64,000 nucleotides of DNA, from positions 512,001 to 576,000 of the forward strand of contig CAXXTF010000001.1 in the NCBI GenBank assembly GCA_963665775.2, read 5' to 3'. The DNA comes from Dehalococcoidia bacterium. GTDB lineage: Bacteria > Chloroflexota > Dehalococcoidia > SM23-28-2 > RBG-16-64-32. Shown in pieces: positions 22,380 through 33,701 of this stretch; within the stretch, counting starts at the first letter, position 1, and the number at the start of each line of letters is the position of its first letter. Under the pieces are notes generated by a model. It saw nothing but the letters and a program-made list of their open reading frames with translations. It did not search any database and was not told the origin of the DNA. The position numbers and the translations under genes were made by a program.

Positions 22380-23075
22380 TTAAGCGAGAGCCAGCTCCGT
22401 CAGCTCCCGCTCCGCTTCCTTCAGGTCCTTGAAGCTGTCTATCGAACGCCAGTACGCCTTGCTCCTGTAACCGAACAGCTTGCCCTCGTCGGAGAGAAGG
22501 GGGAAGGCGGTGTCCTCGTGGTCGCCCTTCAGGGGCAGATGGCGGAAGAACTCCGGCGATAGCACGTAGACGCCGGCGTTTATCCAGTGCGGCAGCAGCG
22601 GCTTCTCCGCGAAGGCGACGATGCGGCCGCTGCGGTCCAGGCTGGCGATGCCGTAGGGGCTGCGCAGTGGCGTGAGCATGACGGTGGCGGCGGCCTTCTT
22701 GCGCTCGTGGTAGCCAAGCAGCGGGGATAGCGGCTGGTTGGTCAGGATGTCGCCGTTCAGGGCCACGACGGTCGTCTCCTCTGGCGGCACCGGACTGTAC
22801 CCCAGGCGCAGGGCGCCGCCCCGGCCCAGGGGCTCATCCTCCAGCGAGTAGTGGACTCGTAGCCCGAAGCGCGAGCCGTCGCCGAAGTGCTCCCGGACGA
22901 TCTCCGCCTTGTAGCCGCACAACAGGATGACATCGCTCACACCTTCGCGGCGCAGCCAGTTGATCGTGTGCTCCAGAATGGGGCGGCCGGCCACCGGGAT
23001 CATCGGCTTGGGCTGCTCGTCAGTGAGGGGCCGAAGCCGCTCCCCTTCGCCGCCAGCGATTACTAGTGCGTACAT
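22380..23075 (-). CDS. NDP-sugar pyrophosphorylase family nucleotidyltransferase
   Basis: IAGGEGERLRPLT...PKPM, EPLGRGGAL, NGD, INAGVY. Confidence 0.9.
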   Translation of the reverse strand: MYALVIAGGEGERLRPLTDEQPKPMIPVAGRPILEHTINWLRREGVSDVILLCGYKAEIVREHFGDGSRFGLRVHYSLEDEPLGRGGALRLGYSPVPPEETTVVALNGDILTNQPLSPLLGYHERKKAAATVMLTPLRSPYGIASLDRSGRIVAFAEKPLLPHWINAGVYVLSPEFFRHLPLKGDHEDTAFPLLSDEGKLFGYRSKAYWRSIDSFKDLKEAERELTELALA

Positions 23076-23112
23076 CGTCTTGGCTATCGACGCCTGCTCG
23101 CGGTTCGGCAGG

Positions 23113-24300
23113 CTACGCCCGCCGCGCTTCCTCGGCCAGCCGGCCCGCGGCCCAGCGCAGCTCCTCCGCCTTATCGGTGTCCTCCCAGGGAGCGTCTATA
23201 TCCAGCCGGCCGAAGTGTCCGTAGGAGGACGTGGGCCGGTAGATTGGCCGCCGCAGTCTTAGGTCGCGGATGATCGCCCTGGGGCTCAGATCAAAGTGCT
23301 GTTTGACTAGCTCCAGGATGCCGCCGTGGTCGGTCTTATGGGTGCCGAACGTCTCCACGGAGACGCCGACGGGTTGGGGATGGCCGATGGCGTAGGAGAG
23401 CTCTACCTCCACTCTGTCGGCCAGGCCGGCGGCCACCAGGTTCTTGGCCACCCAGCGGGCAGCGTAGGAGGCCGAGCGGTCCACCTTAGAGGGGTCCTTG
23501 CCGGAGTAGGAGCCGCCGCCGTGGCGACCCACCGCGCCGTACGTATCGACGATGTTCTTGCGGCCGGAGAGGCCGGTGTCCGCCGCCGGGCCGCCCAGGA
23601 TGAAGGAGCCGCTGCGGTTCACGTGGATGTCCGTCCGCTCGTCGATCCAGTGGCCCAGAACCGGCCTGATGACCTGCTCCACCAACTCGTCCCAGAGCCG
23701 TTTCCCGGCGACATCCGGGTCGTGCTGGGCGGCGATGACCACAGACTGAACCCGCTTGGGCACTCCGAAGGAATACTCCACCGTCACCTGGGACTTGCCA
23801 TCGGGCCGCAGGTAGGGGAGGATCTCCTCCTTGCGGCATTGAGCCAGTCGCTGGCAGAGGCGGTGGGACAGGCTGATAGGCAGAGGCATCATCTCCTCCG
23901 TCTCGTTGCAGGCGAAACCGATCATAATCCCCTGGTCGCCCGCCCCTTCGTCCTCACCGACCGCGGCGGCGATCTCCCTGGACTGCTCCTTGATGGAGAC
24001 GACGACGCCGCAGGAGTCGGCGCTGAAGCCGTACTCCGGCTTGGTGTAGCCCACGTCCCGGATCACCTCCCGGGCGATGGCCGTGTAGTCCACATGGTGA
24101 TGCGTGGATATCTCGCCCAGGATGGCGACGAGGCCGGTGGTGGTGGTCACCTCACAGGCCACGTGGGCCTCCGGGTCGTGCGCTATGATCTCGTCCAGGA
24201 TGGCGTCGGCGATCTGGTCGCACAGCTTGTCCGGGTGCCCTTCGGTGACCGATTCCGAGGTCATCAGTAGCGAGGGGCTGGACATGAAGGTCATCGTCAT
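23113..24300 (-). CDS. metK: S-adenosylmethionine synthetase
   Basis: SESVTEGHPDK, GAGDQG, RPDGKSQV, SGKDPSKVDRS. Confidence 0.97.
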   Translation of the reverse strand: MTMTFMSSPSLLMTSESVTEGHPDKLCDQIADAILDEIIAHDPEAHVACEVTTTTGLVAILGEISTHHHVDYTAIAREVIRDVGYTKPEYGFSADSCGVVVSIKEQSREIAAAVGEDEGAGDQGIMIGFACNETEEMMPLPISLSHRLCQRLAQCRKEEILPYLRPDGKSQVTVEYSFGVPKRVQSVVIAAQHDPDVAGKRLWDELVEQVIRPVLGHWIDERTDIHVNRSGSFILGGPAADTGLSGRKNIVDTYGAVGRHGGGSYSGKDPSKVDRSASYAARWVAKNLVAAGLADRVEVELSYAIGHPQPVGVSVETFGTHKTDHGGILELVKQHFDLSPRAIIRDLRLRRPIYRPTSSYGHFGRLDIDAPWEDTDKAEELRWAAGRLAEEARRA

Positions 24301-24315
24301 GGGCCTGCTCTCCTT

Positions 24316-25596
<1,281 letters not shown>

Positions 25597-25635
25597 TCAC
25601 TTCAGTGTTCAACTTAGCTCGCAGGCAGACCGAGG

Positions 25636-26559
25636 TCATCTTACTACCGTCTCCATCCCTTCGCGGCGGCCCCGCCAGCCGGCGATGAGCCGTCGGGTCA
25701 GGCTGGACACGCCCAGCGGCTCCCTGCGGATCAGGGGCGTCTCGTGCATGGTGCACTCCTGGCGGTAACCCAGACGCCGGTAGACCCGCACGGCCGGGCT
25801 GTTCTCCGCCTCCACCGTGAGGGTCACTAGAGGACATTCCGGGAGCAGAGCCTGGGTCACGGCGCCGGTGGCGATAGTGGCCAGACCGCGTCCCCGGAAG
25901 CGGGGATGCGTGAATACGTTGCCCACCACTGCCAGCCTCTCCGCCCGCGAGAGCACGTGGGTGCCCGCAATGGACGCCAGCGTACCGTCCTCCAAGACGC
26001 CGTAGTATACACCATCCTCGATGTGGCGCGGGCTGTAGGTTGTGGCGCCGCCCTCGGTCGAGTAAAGGCGGTTGATGCGGGCAATGTCGCTGCCTCGCAG
26101 CCTCACGGCCTCTCCGGTCGCTGGTGCGAACGAATCCAGGGCGACGGACATGCGCAGCATCGTCGCTCCTCGGGTGAGGATGAAGTACCGCTCCACCGCC
26201 GGGCGGTGCTCCGGTCGCAGGCTGCCGAAGGTGAAGCGGGGTCCCGGGTGCAGGCTTAGGACGGCGTGCAGCGCCTGCGGGTCGCCCAGGGTGAACAGGG
26301 CCGGGCCCAGCCCTCCACGGGAGTGCACGACCAGAGCTTGCCCTGAGCCTGTCGAAGGGGCGCGACCTCCCGGCCCCATTGCCGTGTACCAGTCGCTCAG
26401 CTCGAACAGGCCGGGCTCCAACTGGGCCAGGGCGTAGGCGGCGTAGGCGCGCTCCGGCGTCAGCAGGGCGCGGAGCTCATCGGGCTCCGTCAGCCGCTGC
26501 ACGGCGTAGGTGGAGCGGGTGGCCCGGCGGTCACGATGGATGGTGGTATCCACCATCAC
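25636..26559 (-). CDS. GNAT-family N-acetyltransferase
   Basis: GNVFTHPRFRGRGLA and N.PA..VY.RLGY acetyl-CoA motifs. Confidence 0.85.
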   Translation of the reverse strand: MMVDTTIHRDRRATRSTYAVQRLTEPDELRALLTPERAYAAYALAQLEPGLFELSDWYTAMGPGGRAPSTGSGQALVVHSRGGLGPALFTLGDPQALHAVLSLHPGPRFTFGSLRPEHRPAVERYFILTRGATMLRMSVALDSFAPATGEAVRLRGSDIARINRLYSTEGGATTYSPRHIEDGVYYGVLEDGTLASIAGTHVLSRAERLAVVGNVFTHPRFRGRGLATIATGAVTQALLPECPLVTLTVEAENSPAVRVYRRLGYRQECTMHETPLIRREPLGVSSLTRRLIAGWRGRREGMETVVR

Positions 26560-27437
26560 TCTTCTCCCACCTGTGCCCTGACGTAGCCGCCGATCAGGGG
26601 CTCTAGCCGCTCTTTGGTCCCCGCCGGCACCAGCTCCATAGGGGTCACCAGAGCGTTCCTAAGGGCGCTGGCGCAGGGGCATTCCCGGATCGAGGGGAGA
26701 TGCCCTAGGGCCAGGCGAACCGCTCGCTGCGATACCTCTACGTTCTTCTGAAGATTCTTCACTATCATCGCCGCCGTCACGGCGGCGTGCTCCTCGTGCC
26801 AGCAATCGTAGTCGGTGGCGGAGGCGAGGGTGGCGTAGCAGATCTCAGCCTCGCGGGCCAGCTTCGCCTCGGGCAAGGCTGTCATGCCGATAACGTCGGC
26901 CCCCCAGGTGCGGTAGAGGTGCGATTCGGTACGGGTGGAGAAGGAGGGCCCATCGATGACCACGTAGGTGCCGCCGTCGTGGACGGTGGCACCGGCCTCC
27001 CGCGCCGCGTCCGTCAGGGCATCGCTGAGGACGGGGCAGAACGGATTGGCAAAGGCGACGTGAGCCACCAGACCCTGGCCGAAGAAGGTGGAGGGCCGGC
27101 CCCGGGTGCGGTCGATGAGCTGATCCGGCGTAACCATATTCAGCGGCTCGATATCCTCTCGCAGGCTGCCCACGGCGCTGACCCCGATGATTCGCTCCAC
27201 GCCCAGGAGCTTGAGGGCATAGATGTTGGCCCGCGCCGGCAGCTCCGAGGGGAGGAGGCGATGGCCCACGCCATGTCGGGGCAGAAAGGCGATTCGCTGC
27301 CCGTCCAGCGTGCCGATGGCGATGGCGTCGCTGGGCGCCCCAAATGGCGTGTCCAGCCGCACCTCCTCCACGTCGCGGAGGCCCGGCATGCGGTAGAAGC
27401 CGCTGCCGCCGATGACGCCGACCCGTGCTTCAGGCAC
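26556..27437 (-). CDS. mtnP: 5'-methylthioadenosine phosphorylase
   Basis: GVIGGSG, TPFGAPSD, FLPRHG, GMTALPEAKLAREAEICY, TDYDCW. Confidence 0.95.
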   Translation of the reverse strand: MPEARVGVIGGSGFYRMPGLRDVEEVRLDTPFGAPSDAIAIGTLDGQRIAFLPRHGVGHRLLPSELPARANIYALKLLGVERIIGVSAVGSLREDIEPLNMVTPDQLIDRTRGRPSTFFGQGLVAHVAFANPFCPVLSDALTDAAREAGATVHDGGTYVVIDGPSFSTRTESHLYRTWGADVIGMTALPEAKLAREAEICYATLASATDYDCWHEEHAAVTAAMIVKNLQKNVEVSQRAVRLALGHLPSIRECPCASALRNALVTPMELVPAGTKERLEPLIGGYVRAQVGEE

Positions 27438-28503
27438 CGGGGTTCGCCCCCGCCCGGCACAGGGTCGATAGCGACTGTTCGTACGGCTCCCGCGCCGCGC
27501 CGTTCTCGGTGATGATGGCGGCGACGTAACGGTGGGGGGTCACATCGAAGGCTGGATTGGCCGCCGTGACGCCCGCCGGTGCCAGGTCGCTGCCTCTGAA
27601 GGAACTGACCTCTTGCCCGGATCGCTCCTCGATAGGTATCGATTCGCCGCTGGCCAGGGAGAAGTCGATGGTGCTGGTGGGCGCCGCCACGTAGAACGGC
27701 ACACCGTTCTCCCGGGCCAGCACGGCCAGGGCGTAGGTACCGATCTTGTTAGCCACATCGCCGTTGGCAGTGATGCGGTCGGCCCCCACAACGACAGCCC
27801 CAACCTGGCCTCGCAGTAGGAGAGAGCCGGCGGCGCTGTCCACGATGAGGGTGAAAGGGATACCATCCCGCGACAGCTCCCAGGCGGTCAGACGGGCGCC
27901 CTGGAGGAGCGGGCGGGTCTCCGTGGCGTAGACGTGACGCAGCTTTCCGGTCTCCCGAGCGGAACGCACCACGCCCAGGGCGGTTCCGTAGCCGCCGGTG
28001 GCCAGTGAGCCGGCGTTGCAGTGGGTGAGCAGGGTGACGCTTTGCGGCAGCAGCGTCGATCCGTGGTTTCCGATTCGACGGTTGGCCGCGATGTCCTCCT
28101 CGTGGATGCGGCGGGCCTCCTCCACGAGGGCCCGACGGGTCGCCTCAACGTCGGCGGCCCCTCCGGCTTTCGCCAGCAGTCGGTCCAGGGCCCAGGCCAG
28201 GTTCACGGCCGTGGGTCGAGTGGCGGCCAGGTCGGCGGCGGCCTCCTTAAGCCGGGGGAGGAAGCGGGTGGGTTCGTTCCCTGGGATGGAGAGCGCGGCC
28301 AGGGCGAGGCCGTAGGCGGCAGAGATGCCGATGAGGGGTGCGCCGCGCACCCGCAGCTCTCGGATCGCCTCAGCCACCTCCCGGTAGTCGTCCGTCTCCA
28401 GCCACGCCTCCTCTTGGGGGAGCCGAGTCTGATCTATGAAGCGGACCTTGCCTTCCGGCAGCCATTCGATGGGGAGGAGGGTGTCGGTCTTGACTCCGAG
28501 CAA
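27430..28503 (-). CDS. mtnA: Methylthioribose-1-phosphate isomerase (start uncertain)
   Basis: DQTRLP, VRGAPLIG, TRPTAVNL, THCNAGSLAT, ETRPLLQGARLTAWEL, NPAFDVTP. Confidence 0.96.
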   Translation of the reverse strand: MLGVKTDTLLPIEWLPEGKVRFIDQTRLPQEEAWLETDDYREVAEAIRELRVRGAPLIGISAAYGLALAALSIPGNEPTRFLPRLKEAAADLAATRPTAVNLAWALDRLLAKAGGAADVEATRRALVEEARRIHEEDIAANRRIGNHGSTLLPQSVTLLTHCNAGSLATGGYGTALGVVRSARETGKLRHVYATETRPLLQGARLTAWELSRDGIPFTLIVDSAAGSLLLRGQVGAVVVGADRITANGDVANKIGTYALAVLARENGVPFYVAAPTSTIDFSLASGESIPIEERSGQEVSSFRGSDLAPAGVTAANPAFDVTPHRYVAAIITENGAAREPYEQSLSTLCRAGANPGA

Positions 28504-28527
28504 AAAAAGACTCCTCCGGCGGAGGAG
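28502..28527 (-). terminator. Intrinsic terminator of the SAM riboswitch expression platform
   Basis: Minus strand CTCCTCC GCC GGAGGAG followed by TC and seven T. Confidence 0.8.
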
Positions 28528-28544
28528 AAGCGTTCAACCTACCA

Positions 28545-28699
28545 CTCTCATCTGTCCCCGATACCGCGGGGCCGGATTTGGCACCGTTGCTCGGGAGTGC
28601 CCCGGGGCGATCCGGTTCCGAACCTTGGCTCTATCCCGGACACTCCCGGCCGGTTGCCGGGCTTCGTTGGGCCGTTCCCTCCACCGCTCTGGATAAGAG
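28545..28699 (-). ncRNA. SAM-I (S-box) riboswitch with extended P3
   Basis: Minus strand CTCTTATCCAGAGCGGTGGAGGGA-ACGGCCC-AACGAAGCCCGGCAACC...GGTGCCAAATCC...AGATGAGAG, upstream of the mtnA/ahcY/metK operon. Confidence 0.95.
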
Positions 28700-28723
28700 T
28701 GTGCGCCCTATTCAGTTGAACCG

Positions 28724-28753
28724 ATGGTATCTTTCGGCGGCCACCACTGTCAA
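28724..28753 (-). promoter_or_regulatory. Sigma70-type promoter of the SAM operon
   Basis: TTGACA-N18-TACCAT, about 25 nt upstream of the aptamer. Confidence 0.65.
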
Positions 28754-28925
28754 GCCTACGGCGGCCCTGACGCTGCCCTCGGCAGGGAGGCGGAGATCAG
28801 GCGCCGCACGGGTAAAGCGCTTCGCTCCATCCCGGTAAGCGAGTAGAGTGTAGCGGGAAGGGTGGAGAACAGATGGCGTCGGCGATCGTCGGCGGTTCCT
28901 TGTCTCCGTCCTCTCTTCGCCTTAG

Positions 28926-30629
28926 CCCGAATCCACCGAAGGACACGGATGGACGGCGTGAGGACAGCGGAAGGGGGTGGGTGAGGGAGCTACAGGGGAG
29001 ATGGCCTGGGGTCTTGGGGTAGATGGGAGGCCGGCGGACGGTCTTCAGTCGCCGCACAGGGCCCCTAAGGCCCTATGCGGGAGTTGCGATGCGCGGGATG
29101 GCGAGAGGATACGCAGCAGGGGACTCTCGCGACCGGGGTGGCGCGAGATTGCGGGGACGTTGGGTCAGTTGCAGGCTGGCCGTCAGGCCGGGAATGGAAT
29201 GGCTTGCAGCCGGGCCAAGGCGCGACTGAACTGGGTTTCTCAAGGCCAGCGCCGGGGGAGATGCAAAGTGAGGCGGCGCGCCGAGCGGGTGATCCGTCCC
29301 ACGAGAGCGAAGACCCGCCGCCTGAGGGTCTTGGTGGTCACGATCTGCTGACCCAGGCCGATGCGGGCTGTCCAGCGGGCCAGGTTATGCGCCATCACCT
29401 GGACCGCCAGCCAGGCGCCGTTGGCGGCGAAGCGCCCCGACGGCATGTGGTTCAGCCCGACGCCGTACTTGAGGTCGCGTATGGCGTTCTCGACCTCGGC
29501 GTGGCGGCGATGATCGGCCTCCAGTTCCAGCGTCTCCCCATCGCGGTCGGTGATGAAGGCGTGATAGCTGTATCTGGCGAAGAGGGCGAGCTGGGAACCG
29601 GGCATCGGCTTCACCCGCCGGACAATGAGCCGCACCGGCGCGGCGTCCGGCTTGGTCTGGAACGGGGTGTAAGTCGTCTCGGCGACATCGGCGGCGCCGT
29701 CCATCCAGTAGGGAATGGGAGTCCAGTCCTCCTCTGGTATCGCCTCGATCAGGTCCCGCAGGCTGGCGCGCTGGCGGATGGTGATAGAGAAGCGGACATC
29801 CATTTCCCGGCAGGCGGCAACGACAGTGTGGGCGTAGAAGCCGCTGTCGGCCCGCACCGTGAGTTGTCCCCTGGCCCCGCCGTAGCGCACCCGCCCCACC
29901 GTCTCACGCAGGAAGTGGGCGGCGCCACGGGCGGTGTTGGCCCGGCCCTCGCGCAGCCGGGACATCAGCACCTCGCCGGTGCCGGCGGCAATGGCCAGCA
30001 GCGGGTGATAGCCGCGGGCGCCGGTATAGCCGTGGTGGCGCGCTCCCTCCTTGGCCAGTCCATAGGTTTCGCAGATGGTCGAGTCCAGGTCGATGGTCAG
30101 GGGCGAGTCGCCGGGTCCGGCCCCAGCGGCCCAGGCCCGGGCCAACAACTGGCGGCTCACGCGGTCGAGTTGACGGACATGCCCCCACCGGAAGCTGCGC
30201 AGGAAGGTCCCCAGGGTGGATGGCGCCTTGACCACGCAGCCTAGAACACCGACCGTCCCACCAGCGCGCAGCGCATCGGCGTCGTCGATGCAGTCGCCGC
30301 CTGCCAGCGCGGAAGCGACCAGCGTCAGCATCTTGTCCCCAGTGTTCGCCCGTCCCGGCGCTCCGCCGAGGTCAAGGTGATGGTCGACGAGTTCCCGCAG
30401 GCCCAGGTGCCGGGCTAGGGTGGCTGGCAGGAGCAGGCCGGCATTGGCCACCAGGCGATGGTCGTCAAAGAGGATGCGGATACGGTCGGGTTTGTTCTGT
30501 GGTAGCATCTATTGGGTGCTCCTTGTTTCCGGGCTGGTTTCTGTTCCAAAACCATTATCCCAGATTCAGAGGAGCACCCGATGGCTTCTTCAAGGACTGT
30601 CCCCAAGGCCGTCCTTCGGTGGATTCGGG
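28926..30629 (-). mobile_element. IS1380-family insertion sequence (1704 bp)
   Basis: 19-bp perfect terminal inverted repeats CCCGAATCCACCGAAGGAC (28926-28944 and 30611-30629); CTTAG target duplication at 28921-28925 and 30630-30634. Confidence 0.92.
29183..30508 (-). CDS. IS1380-family DDE transposase with a premature TGA at 29240-29242, 19 codons before the likely original stop
   Basis: GGDCIDD, APSTLGTFLRSF, IDLDSTI, GYHPLLA, VRADSGFY, VENAIRDLK, FAANGAW. Confidence 0.9.
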
Positions 30630-30655
30630 CTTAGAATCCTGAACAGAGTCACGAG

Positions 30656-31837
30656 ATGCCGGATCGCGCAAAGCTTAAGCAGAGGATCATCGCGGAAGTC
30701 GATCGCCGCCGCCAGGAGCTCATCGACCTCTCGCTCCGGCTGCACGCTAACCCGGAGATAGCCTTTCGGGAGGAGAAGGCCGCTGCCTGGCTCAGCGACT
30801 ACCTGGAGGCGGACGGCTTCACTGTGGAGCGGGGAATCTGCCAGATCGGTACCGCCTTTCGCGCCGTCTGCGGCTCCGGCGGCCCCCGCGTCGCTTTCCT
30901 GGCCGAGTACGATGCTCTCCCCGGCATGGGGCATGCCTGCGGCCACAACATCATCGGCACCGCGTCGACGGCCGCTGGGCTGGCCCTCAACTCCGTCGTC
31001 GGCGAGACCGGCGGCACGGTGCTGGTCATCGGCACCCCCGCCGAGGAGGCCGCCGGTGGGAAGGTGTACATGGCTGCCCGCGGCGCCTTCGCCGACCTTG
31101 ACTGCGCGATGCTGGCCCATCCCGGTAACCGCGACGTGGCTGTGAGCAGCGCCCTGGCCTGCCTAGAGCTGGAGATCGAGTTCCACGGCAAGGCCTCCCA
31201 CGCCGCTGCCCGCCCGGAGGCCGGCGTCAACGCCCTGGACGCCATGATCGCCGCCTTCGCCAACATCGGCTTGCTGCGGCAGCAGCTCCGCGACTCGGCC
31301 CGCGTCCACGGCATCATCACCGATGGCGGCCAGGCGGTGAACGTCATCCCCCACCACACGGCGGCCAGCCTCCTCATCCGGGCCGAGGACGACCAGTATC
31401 TGGACGAGGAGCTGAAATCCAAGGTATTGGCCTGCTTCCAGGGGGCTGCCGAGGCGACAGGCTGTCGGCTGGAGTACCGCTGGGGCGAGGAGTCTCGCTA
31501 TAAGGCGATGCGCACCAACCACGCCCTGGCCCAGGCCTACCGGTCGAACCTCGAGGCCCTGGGCCGTCCGGTCCTGGAGCCGGGCGAGCGCCGTGTCATG
31601 GGTTCGACGGACATGGGCAACGTCAGCGCCATCGTCCCCGCCATCCATCCGACGATCGCCGTGGCCCCGGCCGATATCCCCATCCACACCGAGGGGTTCC
31701 GCGAGATGGCGGCCAGCGAGGCCGGCCATGAAGGGCTCCTGGACTCGGCCAAGGCGCTGGCCATGACCGCCGTGGACGTGCTGACGGACTCCGGCCTCCG
31801 CCGCCGCATGCGGAAGGAGTTCGAGGGTGGCGAATGA
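30656..31837 (+). CDS. M20 family amidohydrolase
   Basis: LHANPE..F.E, AEYDALP, HACGHN, GTPAEE, GSTDMGNVS. Confidence 0.93.
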   Translation: MPDRAKLKQRIIAEVDRRRQELIDLSLRLHANPEIAFREEKAAAWLSDYLEADGFTVERGICQIGTAFRAVCGSGGPRVAFLAEYDALPGMGHACGHNIIGTASTAAGLALNSVVGETGGTVLVIGTPAEEAAGGKVYMAARGAFADLDCAMLAHPGNRDVAVSSALACLELEIEFHGKASHAAARPEAGVNALDAMIAAFANIGLLRQQLRDSARVHGIITDGGQAVNVIPHHTAASLLIRAEDDQYLDEELKSKVLACFQGAAEATGCRLEYRWGEESRYKAMRTNHALAQAYRSNLEALGRPVLEPGERRVMGSTDMGNVSAIVPAIHPTIAVAPADIPIHTEGFREMAASEAGHEGLLDSAKALAMTAVDVLTDSGLRRRMRKEFEGGE

Positions 31838-32892
31838 GCGCGGTGCAGGTTCAAGCCGATGAGCGATTGGATGGGGGCATGACTGCCGATAACCCACTCA
31901 TAGCCCTGGACGCCATGGGCGGCGACCACGCCCCCACAGAGATCGTGAAGGGCGCCGTAATGGCTGCCCGCGACCTGGGGGTGCGCGTGGCCCTGGTGGG
32001 CCGGCCGGAGTCCATAGCGGCCTGCCTGGCCCGGCAGGGGCCGAAGCCGGACACCATCACCGTCGTCCCCGCCCCGGAGGTCATCGAGATGGAGGAGCAC
32101 CCGGCCCAGGCGGCGCGGCAGAAGAAAGGCTCCTCCATCGTCGTCGGCCTGCGCCTGGTCAAGCAGGGGGAGGCCGACGCCTTCGTCTCCGCCGGCAACA
32201 CGGGGGCTATCATGGCCGGGGCGATCATGTACCTGGGCCGCATCAGGGGGATAGAGCGGCCGTCCCTGGTGGCCCTCATGCCCCTCGCCGGGAAGCTGGT
32301 CGTCCTCCTGGACGTGGGCGCCAACGCCGATTGCAAGCCGGCCTACCTGCTGCAGTTCGCCCAGATGGCCTCCGCTTACATGGAGCGGGTCTGGAAGGTG
32401 GAGCGGCCACGGGTGGCCCTCCTGAACATCGGCGAGGAGGAGGCGAAGGGCAACGCCCTGGCCCAGGAGGCGTACCCGCTCTTGGCCGCGAGCGGACTCA
32501 ACTTCATCGGCAACCTGGAGGGAGGGGAGATCACCGCCGGCGCCGCCGAAGTCATCGTCACCGACGGCTTCACCGGCAACGTTGTGGTCAAGACTATGGA
32601 GGGGATGGCGGAGTTCATCATGACCCAGTTGCGGGGCGCCATCAAGAGCCGGCCCTGGTATACTGTCGCGGGCGCCCTCCTGATGCCTGCCTTCAGCGGC
32701 GTGCGCAGGAAGATGGACTACCGGGAGTACGGTGCGGGGCCGCTGCTGGGGGTGAATGGGCTGGTGTTTATCGGCCACGGGCGGAGCGACGCCCGGGCCG
32801 TCTCCAGTGCTCTGCGGATAGCGCGGGAGGCTGCTCGGTCCGGGATGTTGGAGGCTATTCGGGAGATGGCCCCGGCGCGGGTGAGGGCGTAG
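31834..32892 (+). CDS. plsX: Phosphate acyltransferase (alternative start 31879)
   Basis: IALDAMGGDHAP, SAGNTGA, LDVGAN, NIGEE..KG, TDGFTGNV, GHGRS. Confidence 0.96.
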   Translation: MSAVQVQADERLDGGMTADNPLIALDAMGGDHAPTEIVKGAVMAARDLGVRVALVGRPESIAACLARQGPKPDTITVVPAPEVIEMEEHPAQAARQKKGSSIVVGLRLVKQGEADAFVSAGNTGAIMAGAIMYLGRIRGIERPSLVALMPLAGKLVVLLDVGANADCKPAYLLQFAQMASAYMERVWKVERPRVALLNIGEEEAKGNALAQEAYPLLAASGLNFIGNLEGGEITAGAAEVIVTDGFTGNVVVKTMEGMAEFIMTQLRGAIKSRPWYTVAGALLMPAFSGVRRKMDYREYGAGPLLGVNGLVFIGHGRSDARAVSSALRIAREAARSGMLEAIREMAPARVRA

Positions 32893-32957
32893 GCAGGCCT
32901 AGCCGACCTGCGCGACGAGCAGATGGCCAATCGCCTCCAGGCGTCCGAGAAGGGCCG

Positions 32958-33251
32958 CTACTGGCTGGGAGGGACGGGACCGCCGAAGCGCAGCCACAGC
33001 CGCAACGTCTGCTGGAGGTTACGTAGCCCTGTGTCTGACGGTAGACCGGAGAGGAGGCACTCCTCTATGTGGTGGTCCATGACAAGCAGTCCTACTTGGT
33101 CAAGCCCGCTGCGGACGGCCATTAGCTGCGTCAGGACGTCCTCGCACATGCGGCCCTCGGCCAGCATGCGGTGGATGCCCCGGATCTGCCCTTCGATACG
33201 GCGCAGGCGGGCCAGCATGGCATCGGCGTCCGTTTTTGGCTCTTCGGTCAT
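32958..33251 (-). CDS. csoR: CsoR/RcnR-family metal-sensing repressor
   Basis: RLRRIEGQIRGI.RM...R.C.DVL.Q..AV; H...C (x-C-H-C ligand pattern). Confidence 0.88.
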   Translation of the reverse strand: MTEEPKTDADAMLARLRRIEGQIRGIHRMLAEGRMCEDVLTQLMAVRSGLDQVGLLVMDHHIEECLLSGLPSDTGLRNLQQTLRLWLRFGGPVPPSQ

Positions 33252-33264
33252 TGTGAACTCCTGA

Positions 33265-33294
33265 TTGACATACCCCTATGGGGTATGCTATCAT
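33265..33294 (+). promoter_or_regulatory. Promoter toward trxA with a CsoR-type operator in its spacer
   Basis: TTGACA-N18-TATCAT overlapping the perfect inverted repeat CATACCCC-TAT-GGGGTATG (33269-33287). Confidence 0.82.
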
Positions 33295-33363
33295 CCCTTT
33301 AGCAAGTGAGTCAATAGCGGTCATCGTGACGTATAATGATCAGGTACTACCAAGGAGGAACGA

Positions 33364-33690
33364 ATGAGCAAACCCGAAGAGGTGACCGACGCCGATTTCG
33401 AGAGCGAGGTTCTCAAGAGCGACCTGCCCGTCCTCGTCGACTTCTGGGCGCCCTGGTGCGGCCCCTGCCGCATGGTGGCCCCCGTGGTTGAGGAGCTGGC
33501 CGGCGAGTACGATGGCAAGGTGAAGTTCGTAAAGCTGAACACCGACGATAACATTGAAACCGCCTCCCGCTACGGCATCCGCAGCATTCCCACGCTGCTC
33601 GTGTTCAAGGGGGGAGAGGCCGTGGACCAGGTGATTGGCTTCCGCCCCAAGAGCGATCTGAAGCGCACCCTGGATAAGTCTCTCTCTTAA
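33364..33690 (+). CDS. trxA: Thioredoxin
   Basis: [24 protein letters not shown]. Confidence 0.97.
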   Translation: MSKPEEVTDADFESEVLKSDLPVLVDFWAPWCGPCRMVAPVVEELAGEYDGKVKFVKLNTDDNIETASRYGIRSIPTLLVFKGGEAVDQVIGFRPKSDLKRTLDKSLS

Positions 33691-33701
33691 GACAGTCGAT
33701 A

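Noticed and set aside
29075-30244. 389-aa plus-strand ORF inside the IS
   Set aside because: Antisense to the IS1380 transposase; no independent evidence.
31537-32778. 413-aa minus-strand ORF
   Set aside because: Antisense shadow of the amidohydrolase and plsX.
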